A DNA stretch of 64,000 bases, from NCBI GenBank assembly GCA_049802875.1, contig JBARNH010000036.1:6081-70080 (forward strand), given 5' to 3'. This document shows, piece after piece, positions 37,302-47,528 of the stretch. Below the pieces are notes generated by a model. It searched no databases. It saw nothing but the letters and a program-made list of their open reading frames with translations, and was not told the origin of the DNA. This stretch comes from Thermoplasmata archaeon. GTDB lineage: Archaea; Thermoplasmatota; Thermoplasmata; Lutacidiplasmatales; UBA184. Position 1 is the first letter of the stretch. Each line of letters begins with the position of its first letter. Made by a program: the position numbers and the translations under genes.

Positions 37302-37976
37302 ATGACCACGGTCCGGACGATCGCCACTCACGACGTCGTCGCGACCGCTTACCCCCGGCCCGTGACCGAGCGGGACGAGATCGGTATGGCGGCGGGGAAG
37401 GCCATTGACGAAGCCCTCTCGCGTTTCAGCTACGAGTACAGCCAGTCTCGTCGGGCTACGTTCACCGCGATGGGCCGGTGGGCGACCGAGGTCCTAGACG
37501 CCGAGCTCGCGGACGCCGACGTCCAGTTATCGGTGGGGCAACGCGATCAACAGCTGGCGGAGGTCTTCGGGGTGCTCCGCGCGTTTCGTAACAGCGAGCT
37601 GATGGGCTTGACTCGACCCCGGAGTCGGATGATTTTGATCAACGAACAGATCGGTGTCTACGCACAGCCGGACTATTGGGATGGTAAGGACCGGTTCTAC
37701 GAGATGAAGAGCTACCAGGCGAGCCCAATGCCCCCCGACGTGCGTCTCCAAATCCAGCTCTTCCAGTGCGCTTTCCCCGGGTTTCGGGCGTTTCTCGCTT
37801 CCTTTGACCGTCACGCGACGCCGGTATCCACCAGCATCGAGCCGGTCGAGCCTCCGGCTCCCGCAGCCCGGGATACGGTGCTGAAACTTGCGTTCCAGAC
37901 CGGCGTCGAAAAGGGCACCGCCAAGGTGCTGGAATACATCGACAATCCAGCGGTTCGGTATTCGATCGACCTGTAG
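37302..37976 (+). CDS. hypothetical PD-(D/E)XK nuclease-fold protein
   Basis: A YAQPDYWDG...FYEMKSY segment matches the PD-x(n)-E-x-K catalytic motif. There are no other domains. Confidence 0.45.
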   Translation: MTTVRTIATHDVVATAYPRPVTERDEIGMAAGKAIDEALSRFSYEYSQSRRATFTAMGRWATEVLDAELADADVQLSVGQRDQQLAEVFGVLRAFRNSELMGLTRPRSRMILINEQIGVYAQPDYWDGKDRFYEMKSYQASPMPPDVRLQIQLFQCAFPGFRAFLASFDRHATPVSTSIEPVEPPAPAARDTVLKLAFQTGVEKGTAKVLEYIDNPAVRYSIDL

Positions 37977-38133
37977 GATCTGAACCGGGGCCTCAGATGG
38001 GGAGAAGCCCAACCAGATCCCGGAGCGAGATTCCCCTTCCTCGAAATCGCATTCGACAGATTCAACTAACCCGAATCCTTAGCACACCCGAGCGCCGGTG
38101 AACCAGGGCGGCCTCAGTAGGCGAAGGGAAACA

Positions 38134-38457
38134 ATGCCACTCTACATGTTTCAGTTCAGTTACAGCACGGAAGCTTGGGCGAACCTCATTCGTCAGCCGG
38201 AGGACCGCGCCGCCTCGATCGATGCAATGGCAAAGTCCCTGGGGGGACGGCTCGTTTCCTTGTACTACCATCTCGGGGAGTACGACGGGACGGCACTCCT
38301 GGAGGCTCCGGACGACGCCCGGGCTAACGCACTGATCTTGAGTGTGGTCGCCAGCGGAGCCCTCCGATCCTCAAGGACTACGCGTCTTTACTCGCCGAAG
38401 GAGCTGGTCGAGACACTCACCTTGGCCGGAAAGTCGACCTATCGACCCCCCGGCTAG
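38134..38457 (+). CDS. GYD domain protein
   Basis: The N-terminal MPLYMFQFSYSTEAW region and the GEYDGTALLEAPDD (GYD) motif are present. The start is the Met at 38134. Confidence 0.6.
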   Translation: MPLYMFQFSYSTEAWANLIRQPEDRAASIDAMAKSLGGRLVSLYYHLGEYDGTALLEAPDDARANALILSVVASGALRSSRTTRLYSPKELVETLTLAGKSTYRPPG

Positions 38458-38498
38458 GCACCGGCAGCGGCCGGACCCGATCTCGCCGCTTCGACGTC

Positions 38499-39047
38499 CT
38501 ACCCCGATTTCGGGTAGGAGACAATCGTCTCGAGCATCGCCCGATGCGCTTTTTCCATGCGGTGCGACCGCAAAGTCGTCGAATCGAGCGGGCCGCGGGC
38601 GGACTCGAGTGCCGGATGGTCGAAATCGACGTCCTCCGCCAACCCCGGACGAAGCTCCGGGGCGTCGAGCACTTCTCCGTAACGTTTGATCAGCTCCGAG
38701 AAGCCGTGCAGGAGGGGGAGTGCATCGCGGCCCTTGTCCGAGAGTACGTAAATCGGCCGTCGGGGGTTCGCATCGACTAAGGCTTTCCGCACGTATCCCT
38801 CCTCCCGGAGCTGCTTCAGGCGCAAGGACAGGATTCGACGACTCAGCCGCGGCTGGGAATGGAGAAGTTGACCGAACGTGACTCCGCGGTCGGTGGCTGC
38901 CCGCCCAAGGATCTGGAGAGTCCATTTCTTCCCGAGGACCCCGATTCGCATACCCAGAGGGACGTCGTCGTCACGGACCTTCCGAACCAGCCGACGGACC
39001 GGAGGGAGCCGGACCGGGGGTAGCGGCGCAATCATGAACCCCGCCAA
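38499..39047 (-). CDS. HxlR-family winged-helix transcriptional regulator with C-terminal extension
   Basis: GKKWTLQILGRAATDRGVTFGQLL...LSRRILSLRLKQLREEGYVRK matches HxlR. The start is possibly the Met at 38951. Confidence 0.7.
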   Translation of the reverse strand: MAGFMIAPLPPVRLPPVRRLVRKVRDDDVPLGMRIGVLGKKWTLQILGRAATDRGVTFGQLLHSQPRLSRRILSLRLKQLREEGYVRKALVDANPRRPIYVLSDKGRDALPLLHGFSELIKRYGEVLDAPELRPGLAEDVDFDHPALESARGPLDSTTLRSHRMEKAHRAMLETIVSYPKSG

Positions 39048-39590
39048 AAAGCGGTGGGTAGGATATCTAGCCGGCTAGGGAAGCAATTGTTACCTGGGCC
39101 TCTTGCCGCCGGGTCGATGAGGAACTCCCCTGGTGGCGCGTCGACGTTCCGTCGTGAGGAAGCGTTCGCGACCAGGTAGCACGTAGTCCGACCCCGACAG
39201 GGTCTTGGATTCTTCGACGATGTGGTCGCGGGGCCGCTAATTTGAGGAGTTGCTCCCACTCTGAAAGGGATCGAATCGGTGGACGACAACGCTCAGAGAA
39301 TGTTGGAGGGTGCGTGGTCCCGGCTCGAGCGAGTCAACTACCCGGGGGAGCACGGACAGCGAGTATCGCGCGCTCACCGAACTCCTGCTCAACGAAGACG
39401 TGGGCTGCGAAGTGATCGGGACGGTTCGGAACTCGACCCAAGCGGCGATTCGGATCCGCGAACGATAGCTCGATCGCGCCTCAACGGACGACCGTTCATG
39501 GCTACGGAGACCGACCGAAGCCTCGGACCGGTGTCGAAGTCCCCGAAAACCGGTCGCCCCGTGGCGGGACCTTTGGGACTTGAGCCCCAT

Positions 39591-40028
39591 TCAAACGGGA
39601 AGGAAGGTGAGGATCCAGAACAGCAGTACGAGCGCAACGAGGAACGTCAGAGTGTTCCTCCACTGCGCCCCCCGCAGCACTCGGGACGGACCGTCCTGGA
39701 GGTCGCCGGTGGGCGAACCGAGCACAAACCGAAGCTTGATCCCCGCGCCGGTCGCGACGGCGGCGAGGCCGAGTGTCCAGAGCAGTCGGGTCACCAGGAT
39801 GGCGCCATCGATGGTGTTGATGTTGGGAGCGGTGCTGGGGTTGAGTCCAACCACTCCCACGATCGTTCCTACGAAGACAAGCAGGAGCCCAATCGCCTTC
39901 GAGAGGAACGCAAGGAAGTCCCAGTTGATCGGCCGCCCCATCGGTGCCATCTGTGCCGGAACGGGCGGGGCCCATGGCGCAGGCGGTAGCGGCGGTGGGG
40001 CGCCCGAGCTCGAAGAGGTGCCGGCCAT
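39591..40028 (-). CDS. hypothetical small membrane protein (3 TM)
   Basis: It has coherent TM segments. The competing plus-strand ORF (39279..39989) is Arg/Pro-rich, which is typical of the wrong frame. Weak evidence. Confidence 0.35.
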   Translation of the reverse strand: MAGTSSSSGAPPPLPPAPWAPPVPAQMAPMGRPINWDFLAFLSKAIGLLLVFVGTIVGVVGLNPSTAPNINTIDGAILVTRLLWTLGLAAVATGAGIKLRFVLGSPTGDLQDGPSRVLRGAQWRNTLTFLVALVLLFWILTFLPV

Positions 40029-40320
40029 GCGCGCGCATCACCCCTTCGGCCTTAAATCTTCGGGCACACGGTGAACAGAGGCGCCCGGGACCCCCCGAGG
40101 ACCAAGACCCTCTCCGCGCCGCCTCTCATCAGACCGGCGACCGGGATTGATGGCGGGTCGCGTGGTCGCGTTCGGATCCGAGCTCAAGTCGGGCAGGACG
40201 ACGCGACTACCCCGAGATCGTAGCCATTCGACGCCCGTGCCGGGCGCTCTGGTAGGCAGTGGAACTCACTCCTGAAATAGGTGTCCCGTGAGGAGTTATC
40301 CGTAGGGTCTGAGGAACGGG

Positions 40321-43300
40321 ATGTACGCGCGCTGCCGGTCGCCAACGAACCCGAAAATCGGTTTGGTCCGGCTCGGGTTTCTGATAGCCCTCGGGGTCGG
40401 TCTCCTCGCCTCCACCGGCTTGGTAGTGTCGGCCGCCTCGTCGCCGGCCCCAGGTACCGTGAGGGGCAGCCCTCCGGTGGCGAGCGATCTCATGTTGATC
40501 GCGGGAACCATCCTCCCTGCATCCCCGAGCATCGACAACGGTCAATCGGTGCTGCTCTCTTCCGCGGTTTCGGGCGGTACCCCACCGTACACCTACGCCT
40601 GGTACGAGTCCCCCGACGGGGCCGGCCCGTGCCCGGGAGACGGGGGACAGGTCGGCGGAAATTCTTCGACCGTCGATACGGGAGCGTTGACTTCGGGGGG
40701 CGGCCCCTATTACTATTGTTACACGGTGACCGACAACAGTTCGGACGCCGCGGGGTCGGCCTGGGACCCGCTCACGGTGAATCCCGTGCTCGGCGCGGGC
40801 GCCGCCACGCCGGCGAGCCCGGTCATCGACTACGGGCAGTCGGTCACCCTCACGGCGAACCCGTCCTCCGGATCGCCGCCGTATAGCGACCAATGGTACT
40901 GGTCCTCGACCAACGGAGGAAGTTGCGGTTCGGGGACACCGCTCAAGGTCGGATCGAGTCAGTCGACGGGCTCGGAGATTACGGGACCGGGGACGTACTA
41001 CTACTGCTACCTCGTGACGGACAGTTCCGTGGGGGATCAGGGTGCCGAGAGCGCCAGTTCGGGCTGGGACGGCATCACCGTGAACTCCGCTCTCTCCGCG
41101 CCCGCAATCTCCGTCGCCCCGATGACGATCGACTCGGGGCAAAAGGCAACGCTCTCCACGACCACTTCGTTCACCGGAGGCACCGGTCCGTACAGCTGCG
41201 AGTGGCTGAGTGAAGCGCCCGGGGGTAACTACGCCAACCTCGGCAGTTCGTTCGGCTGCTCCCCTGGTGACCTGCCCACCGTGGGCACGGGCACTCTCTC
41301 CCCGACCGGCACTTGGAGTTTCGAGCTGCAGGTGACCGACAGTTCCGGGACCCCGAATACCGCGACCTCCGGCGCGGTGACCGTAGCGGTGGCGTCCGCG
41401 CTCGGAACGCCCTCGGTCAACCCGCTCAACCCGTCGATCGATGTGGGTCAGTCGGTAGCGTTCACGTCCGACTGGTCGGGCGGACTCCCCGATTACATGG
41501 CGACACTGAACTCCGGCTCGTCGGCGACCTGCAGCGCGGACACGGTCGAGGTGCAGACGCTGTCTTCACTGCCAGGGGGGAGCGCCTCGTTCGCCGCCGT
41601 TTCGCCGGCTTCCGATATCGACTACTGCATCGTGGTGACCGACTCGTCAACGGGTGCCCCGGCGGCGAGCGAGACCTCGTCCGTGAGCCGGGTGGTAGTC
41701 CACTCCGCTCTCACGGCACCCGCCGCACCGATGCCCAGTGCCGCGTCGCTGGATGCGGATCAATCGATGACGGTGGGCGGAACTATCCCGTCGACCGGCA
41801 CACCGAGCTACGCTTGGCAGTGGCTGGTCTCGATCAACGGAGGCTCCTACAAGGACGCCACGCAGTGCGGGACGTCGGCGAGCGGCAGCGGTGCCTCTGC
41901 TGGCGCCTCGGAGACTTGCTCGATTCCGATCAACACGCTGACGGCCAGCAGCTCGTACAATTTCGAGCTGCAGGTCACGGACGGCGCGTCGTCACCCGAA
42001 TCCGCGACCTCCCCGGCCTCTTCGACCGTGACCGTGAACTCCGCGTTCTCCGCGGGGTCGGTCTCCCCCAGTTCGCCCTCGATTGATTCCGGCCAATCGA
42101 TCACCCTATCGACCAACCCCTCCGGCGGCACGACACCGTACAGTTATCAGTGGTATTCCTCCGCCAAGGGATCCGGCGCGTGCGACGCCGGGACCACGCA
42201 CGGAACGGGTGCGACCCAGGTCGTGACTCCCTCCGCGACCACCCACTATTGCTACACTGCTTCGGACAGCTCTCATCCGCCAGTGATGCAGAGTTCGAGC
42301 TGGGACGGGGTTACGGTGAACCCCGCGCTGTCGTCCGGAGCCGCCAGCCCCGGATCGCCGACGATCGACTTCGGGCAGTCGATCACCCTGAGCGGAAACC
42401 CAGCGAGCGGGACGCCCCCGTATTCGTACCAGTGGTACGCGTCCGACAGCAGTTCGGGAAGCTGTGCTTCCGGAACCCCTCTCGGGACGAATCCGACCCA
42501 GGCCACCGGTACGGAGATCACCGGTCCGGGGTCGTTTTACTTCTGCTATGTCGCGGCGGACAGTTCCCTGGCGGATGGCGGCCACGAGTCGGCTCCGTCG
42601 GCGTGGGACCGGGTGACGGTGAATCCCACACTCTCGGCTCCCAGTGCCCCGACCGTCACCGCCCCCGCCTTGGATGTCAACCAGGCGTTGAGCGCGTCGG
42701 GAACCGTCCCTTCGACGGGGACCGCGCCCTACGGTTGGCAGTGGCTCATGGCCGTGAACGGAGGGACCTACGCAGACGCGAGCCTCTGTGCGGTCGCTCA
42801 CGGGTCGGGGGCCCCCGCGGGCGGCACCGAAACATGCGGCATCGCCGGCGGTGCGCTCACGACGGGGGACAACTACGCCTTCGAGCTCAAGATCACGGAC
42901 ACTGCACCGACGCCTGCTACGGCCGTCTCCGCCGCATCGTCAACCGTGACGGTCCACCCCGCGTTAACCGCCGCCGGGGCGCCGACCCCGAGTTCGACCG
43001 CCCTCGATGCCGACCAGGCCATGACGGTCACCGGAAAGCTTGCGTCGACGGGGACGCCGAACTACGCCTGGCAGTGGCTGATCTCGATCAACGCCGGCGC
43101 CGACGTGGACGCGGCGCAGTGCGGAGCATCGGCGAGCGGAACCGGGGCGGTCGGCGGAGCCACGGAGACCTGCACCATCCCCGGCGACACCCTGACGGCC
43201 AGCACGTCGTACACGTTCGAATTGAAGGTGACGGATAGTGCGTCGACACCCGAGGTGACGACGTCGGCGGCTTCGTCGAAAGTGACCACCAGCTCGGCGC

Positions 43301-45315
43301 TCACGGCCGGCCTGGCGACGCCGATCTCCCCGGCCGTCGACGTCGGTCAATCCGTGACCCTGTACTCGAATCCGTCCGGCGGAACCCTGCCCTACAGCCT
43401 CCAATGGTATTCATCGACCTCGGGGACCGGGTCCTGCAACTCGGGCACCCCGCTCGGGACCGCCGCAACGCAACCACTCTCCCCCACGACGAGCGCGTAC
43501 TATTGCTACTCGGTGACGGACAGCGCCCACTCGAAGGTGACGCAACTCTCGGGGTGGAACGGGGTATTGGTAGATCCCACTCTCACCCCGCCCGCGACGC
43601 CGATCTCGAGCACCACGGCGCTCGACGCCAATCAAGCGTGGACGATCACCGGGATCATTCCGTCGACGGGGACGCCCACGTACTCCTGGCAGTGGCTGAT
43701 CTCCGTCGCGGGCGGCGCCTTCGCGAACGCGACCCAGTGCGCGACGAACAACGGCACCGGGGCCCAACGCGAGGCCCCCGAAAGCTGTACCATCGCTCCG
43801 AACACGTTGACGTCGGGGGAAAGCTATGCCCTTGAATTTCTGGTGAGGGACAATGCCACGCTTCCCGAGACCGGGACGTCCCCCGCGTCGCCGACGCTGG
43901 CGGTCTCTCCCGCACTGACAGCGCCCCCCGCGCCGATCCCCAGCGCGACGCTGCTCGATTCGGACCTGCCGTTGACGGTCACCGGAATCATCCCAATGAC
44001 CGGGACGCCCGCCTACTCCTGGCAGTGGCTGATCTCCGTTGGCGGCGGGGCCTACGTGGACGCGACGGAGTGCTCGGTGAACAGTGGCTCGGGCGCAGCG
44101 GCCGGCGCGACGGAGATCTGCAACATCACGGCCGGAACCCTGACCGCGGGCCAGACGTACGCGTTCGAGTTCCTGGTGACCGACAGCGCCTCGACGCCGG
44201 AGTCCCAACCGTCGGCGGCCTCCCCGACCGTCAGCCCGAATCCGGCCTTCTCCGCGGGCTCTGCCTCACCGGGCGCCCCCGCCATCGATTCGGGTCAATC
44301 TGTCACGTTGACCGCCAACCCCTCCGGGGGCTCGGGCGCCTACGCCTATCAGTGGTACTCGGGGAGCACGGCGAGCGGCTGTACCGGATTGGGCTCGCCG
44401 ATCAGCGGGGCGACCGCCTCGACGTTTGCCGCTTCGCCCACGACCTCGACGTACTATTGCTACGTGGTCGAGGACACGACCTCGGCCACCGCGACCTCCC
44501 TCGCAGTGCAAATCATCGTGAATCCGGCGCTCACCCCGTCCAACTCCCCGACCAGCAGTGCCACGAATGTGGCCGCCAACGAGGAGTTGACCTTGACCGC
44601 GGGGATGCCTTCCACGGGGACTCCGGACTACTCGTGGCAGTGGCTCGTCTCGGTGGACGGCGGCCCGTTCGAGGACGCCACCCAATGCGCGCTGAACACC
44701 GGATCGGGCGCGATCGCGGGCGCCACGGAGAGCTGTGCGATCGCCCCTGGGACCCTGACCGCGGGGGATACGTACGCCTTTGAGCTTCGGATCTCCGACA
44801 GTTCCGCGACCCCTGCCACTCAGACCTCGCTCGCGACCGCGACGATCACCGTCGGGGCGGCTTCGGCATCACCCCCCGCTGCCAGCTTTCCCTGGTTCTG
44901 GGTCTATGCCGCTATCACTCTCGCAGCGATCGCCGCGATCGTGGTCCTGACTCTCTTCACGTGGCGGAAGCGCCGCCGCGCTCCGCCGAGCGTCCCCCCC
45001 ACGGTCACGGGAGTCGCGGAAGAATCACCCTCGGCTGCCAGCGCGCCGGCGCGTCCGGGTCCGGTCTACCTCGAGATGCCGCCGGCCTATGCCCCCCCAG
45101 CCCCGCCGGCATCCCGTCCAACGGTGGCCGCCGAAGCCGTGGTCTCCCCACCAGCTCCTCCCCCTACTCCGACTCGAGTGCCCGAGTCCGAAGTCGATCA
45201 GGTGATGGCCGAGATCGAGAGGATCAGCACCGAGATCGCGAAGCGACCCCCCAAAAAGGGGGCCGATGGTACCACCAACGGCGGGGCCTCGTCGCCGAGC
45301 GCGGCGGACGAGTGA
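40321..45315 (+). CDS. giant (1664 aa) cell-surface protein with alternating A/B tandem repeats, C-terminal TM anchor and Pro-rich cytoplasmic tail
   Basis: Signal/TM at the N-terminus. About 7 A repeats (NPSGGTPPYSYQWYSS...GSC.SGTPLG...YYCY.VTDS...W.GVTVNP) alternate with about 7 B repeats (PSTGTP.Y.WQWL.S.NGG.Y.DA.QC...E.C.I..TLT....Y.FEL.VTD). The C-terminus reads FPWFWVYAAITLAAIAAIVVLTLFTWRKRRR followed by a Pro-rich tail. Confidence 0.85.
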   Translation: MYARCRSPTNPKIGLVRLGFLIALGVGLLASTGLVVSAASSPAPGTVRGSPPVASDLMLIAGTILPASPSIDNGQSVLLSSAVSGGTPPYTYAWYESPDGAGPCPGDGGQVGGNSSTVDTGALTSGGGPYYYCYTVTDNSSDAAGSAWDPLTVNPVLGAGAATPASPVIDYGQSVTLTANPSSGSPPYSDQWYWSSTNGGSCGSGTPLKVGSSQSTGSEITGPGTYYYCYLVTDSSVGDQGAESASSGWDGITVNSALSAPAISVAPMTIDSGQKATLSTTTSFTGGTGPYSCEWLSEAPGGNYANLGSSFGCSPGDLPTVGTGTLSPTGTWSFELQVTDSSGTPNTATSGAVTVAVASALGTPSVNPLNPSIDVGQSVAFTSDWSGGLPDYMATLNSGSSATCSADTVEVQTLSSLPGGSASFAAVSPASDIDYCIVVTDSSTGAPAASETSSVSRVVVHSALTAPAAPMPSAASLDADQSMTVGGTIPSTGTPSYAWQWLVSINGGSYKDATQCGTSASGSGASAGASETCSIPINTLTASSSYNFELQVTDGASSPESATSPASSTVTVNSAFSAGSVSPSSPSIDSGQSITLSTNPSGGTTPYSYQWYSSAKGSGACDAGTTHGTGATQVVTPSATTHYCYTASDSSHPPVMQSSSWDGVTVNPALSSGAASPGSPTIDFGQSITLSGNPASGTPPYSYQWYASDSSSGSCASGTPLGTNPTQATGTEITGPGSFYFCYVAADSSLADGGHESAPSAWDRVTVNPTLSAPSAPTVTAPALDVNQALSASGTVPSTGTAPYGWQWLMAVNGGTYADASLCAVAHGSGAPAGGTETCGIAGGALTTGDNYAFELKITDTAPTPATAVSAASSTVTVHPALTAAGAPTPSSTALDADQAMTVTGKLASTGTPNYAWQWLISINAGADVDAAQCGASASGTGAVGGATETCTIPGDTLTASTSYTFELKVTDSASTPEVTTSAASSKVTTSSALTAGLATPISPAVDVGQSVTLYSNPSGGTLPYSLQWYSSTSGTGSCNSGTPLGTAATQPLSPTTSAYYCYSVTDSAHSKVTQLSGWNGVLVDPTLTPPATPISSTTALDANQAWTITGIIPSTGTPTYSWQWLISVAGGAFANATQCATNNGTGAQREAPESCTIAPNTLTSGESYALEFLVRDNATLPETGTSPASPTLAVSPALTAPPAPIPSATLLDSDLPLTVTGIIPMTGTPAYSWQWLISVGGGAYVDATECSVNSGSGAAAGATEICNITAGTLTAGQTYAFEFLVTDSASTPESQPSAASPTVSPNPAFSAGSASPGAPAIDSGQSVTLTANPSGGSGAYAYQWYSGSTASGCTGLGSPISGATASTFAASPTTSTYYCYVVEDTTSATATSLAVQIIVNPALTPSNSPTSSATNVAANEELTLTAGMPSTGTPDYSWQWLVSVDGGPFEDATQCALNTGSGAIAGATESCAIAPGTLTAGDTYAFELRISDSSATPATQTSLATATITVGAASASPPAASFPWFWVYAAITLAAIAAIVVLTLFTWRKRRRAPPSVPPTVTGVAEESPSAASAPARPGPVYLEMPPAYAPPAPPASRPTVAAEAVVSPPAPPPTPTRVPESEVDQVMAEIERISTEIAKRPPKKGADGTTNGGASSPSAADE
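40500..44830 (+). repeat. intragenic tandem repeats (A/B pair of about 630 bp, about 7 copies)
   Basis: The periodic ~105-aa repeat pairs are visible in translation. Confidence 0.7.
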
Positions 45316-45386
45316 GACCGCTCGGGTCCCGCCTCCCCGCATGCGAAGCCCGCGAGGGGAGAAGGGGCGTCGGTTTTTCGGTGCCC

Positions 45387-47462
45387 TCAGACTGCACCGG
45401 GCGGAGGCCCGCCGGCGCTCGGAGGGGGCGGTGACGAATCCCCCGGACCCTCCGACCAAGGGGAGCCGGGATTGCTGGCGGGCGGCGCGGGCGGTGTCAT
45501 CGCCGCGGGGGTCGGAACGGCCTCAACCCCTCCCTTTCGTCGCCGAGACACTAGGATGCCCACCATCAAGCCCACGATCCCCGCCACGATGATAAGGAGC
45601 AGTTCCTCGACCGTGCTCAGCGGCGACGAGCTCCCGGACGTGCTGGTGCCACCCTTCGTCGCGGGAGGGACCGCGAAGAATCCGATCCCTACGTTCTCGC
45701 CTCCCCCATGGACCGCTACCGAACCCTGCGTCGGGGTGTCGTTGTATCCACCCACGGCCGCGACGACGTAGGAGAACGTCCCGTTCGGCTCGGTGAACGT
45801 GATCGTGCCGTTGTTTGGACTGGAATGGGCGACGCCTCCAAGGGTCACCGACCACGCGGAGGTCCCGGGCAGTCCGCTCGAGGTGAACGTCACGGTGTAG
45901 GTGACTTCGGTCATCGTCAAGTTTACGGTGAGGTTTCCGTCATCGACTGACGCGACCCCCGACGCGGGGGTGACGGTGTATCCGGGGATGGCGGGGACGG
46001 TCCAAGAATAACTTCCGTTCTCGCGGTCCACCTCGACGCTCGTTCCGGTGCTCGCGTACGGCGTCGAGCCCACGAGGACCGACCAGGCGGTCGTGCCCGG
46101 GAGACCTTTCGCCTGGAACGAGATCCGATAGGTCGACGGGATGAACTCCAGGACGCGGTTGTTCCCGGTGTCGGCCACCCAGAGCGCGCCGTTCGGCCCC
46201 ACGAAGGCACCGAACGGTCCGGCGATCGCCGTGGCGTTGTCGCCAGATACATCGGCGGTCAGATTCGTCTGTCCGACGACCACCGACGCGTTCTCGAACG
46301 TGGAGAACGGCGGGAGGAATTCGACCACGCGGTTCCCCGCAAAGTCGGAGACCCACAGGTTCCCGCGCGGATCGACGGAGACGCTGACCGCAATGCCGAA
46401 CGCGCCCGCTCCCGTGGCGGTGTTGCCGGTGAACGAGGACTGGCCGAGAAGGTGGGTCGCCCCTTCCCCCGTCGAGAACGGAGCATCAAATCCGAGGACG
46501 CGATCGTTACCGGAGTCCGCGACCCACAGAATACCCCCGGAATAGTCGATGCCTTGGGGGTCGGAGAGGTTCGATGCGGAGAGCCCATATCGGCTCGTCG
46601 TAAAGTTGGATTGGCCTAGCACCAGGGAGGCGTTCATTCCGTTGGAGAACGGAGGGACGAATTCGACCACGCGGTCGTTTTCCGCGTCCACGACCCAGAG
46701 GTCACCGTGCGAGTCGAGGGTCAGGCCCACCGGGCGCGAGAGATTCTGTGCCGAAGTTCCCGACTGGTCACCGTTGAAGGTGCTCTGCCCCAACACTAGC
46801 AACGCCGCCTGGCCGTCAGTAAAGGGGGGTACAAACTCCAGGACGCGGCTGTTGTCGAAATCCGACACCCAAAGATCGCCGTGAGAGTCGAAGGTACAGG
46901 CGGCCGGAAGTCGCGTGCCCGTGGCGGTCGCATTGGGGCCTTTCGCCGTGAAGTTCGGCTGGCCAAGGACGATCGACGCCGCCTCCCCCGTGGAGAATGG
47001 CGGGGTGAACTCGGTGATCCGGTTGTCGCCCAGGCTCGGTACCCAGAGGTTGCCCCGAGAGTCGTTGCACGGGAATTCCACGTCGGGCCCGAAGGAGGTG
47101 GCATTGGCGCTCCCCGTCTGGTCGGTGGCGTTCCAGACCGTCCCATTCCATCGAGTCGTCAGATTGTTTGCACCCAGCGCGATGCTCGCGGCCATGTGGG
47201 TATAGAACGGGTTGGGAGGAGGTGAGGGGAGGGGAGCGATCGGGAGATGGAGTGCGGCAGGAGCCGCCACCGGCGGGTCTGCGGCGGCCAACGAGGGGCC
47301 GAGGGAACTGAGGAGCAGAGCGAGTACGCCGAACACGGTCCCGTACGTCATCAGCCGCGACATGGACGAATAACTTCGAACTTCTCCCTTATAATGCATC
47401 CGACGTGATTTCGGTGCCCTCGGCGCCGGTTCTCTGGGGTCGGGGGGATTTCCGGGACTCAT
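45387..47462 (-). CDS. secreted NHL-repeat beta-propeller protein with two C-terminal 'GLPxGTxWSV' domains, TM anchor and Pro-rich tail
   Basis: Signal peptide MTYGTVFGVLALLLSSLGPSLAAA. Six blades of the form LWV.D..N.RV.EF.PPFS.G..A..VLGQ.NFT. These are followed by two YTVTFTSSGLPGTSAWSV...NG.Y repeats, a TM helix and a Pro-rich C-terminus. Very many N-x-S/T sequons. Confidence 0.82.
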   Translation of the reverse strand: MSPGNPPDPREPAPRAPKSRRMHYKGEVRSYSSMSRLMTYGTVFGVLALLLSSLGPSLAAADPPVAAPAALHLPIAPLPSPPPNPFYTHMAASIALGANNLTTRWNGTVWNATDQTGSANATSFGPDVEFPCNDSRGNLWVPSLGDNRITEFTPPFSTGEAASIVLGQPNFTAKGPNATATGTRLPAACTFDSHGDLWVSDFDNSRVLEFVPPFTDGQAALLVLGQSTFNGDQSGTSAQNLSRPVGLTLDSHGDLWVVDAENDRVVEFVPPFSNGMNASLVLGQSNFTTSRYGLSASNLSDPQGIDYSGGILWVADSGNDRVLGFDAPFSTGEGATHLLGQSSFTGNTATGAGAFGIAVSVSVDPRGNLWVSDFAGNRVVEFLPPFSTFENASVVVGQTNLTADVSGDNATAIAGPFGAFVGPNGALWVADTGNNRVLEFIPSTYRISFQAKGLPGTTAWSVLVGSTPYASTGTSVEVDRENGSYSWTVPAIPGYTVTPASGVASVDDGNLTVNLTMTEVTYTVTFTSSGLPGTSAWSVTLGGVAHSSPNNGTITFTEPNGTFSYVVAAVGGYNDTPTQGSVAVHGGGENVGIGFFAVPPATKGGTSTSGSSSPLSTVEELLLIIVAGIVGLMVGILVSRRRKGGVEAVPTPAAMTPPAPPASNPGSPWSEGPGDSSPPPPSAGGPPPGAV

Positions 47463-47528
47463 GGGGGCGGGCCCGGGGTGGCGGTAAGATTCGGGGCTGC
47501 CCGGAGGTTTCGATTCGACCGTTACGCC

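Noticed and set aside
39279-39989. The plus-strand 236-aa ORF
   Set aside because: It is highly charged and Arg/Pro-rich. The overlapping minus-strand ORF has coherent TM helices, but even that one is low-confidence.
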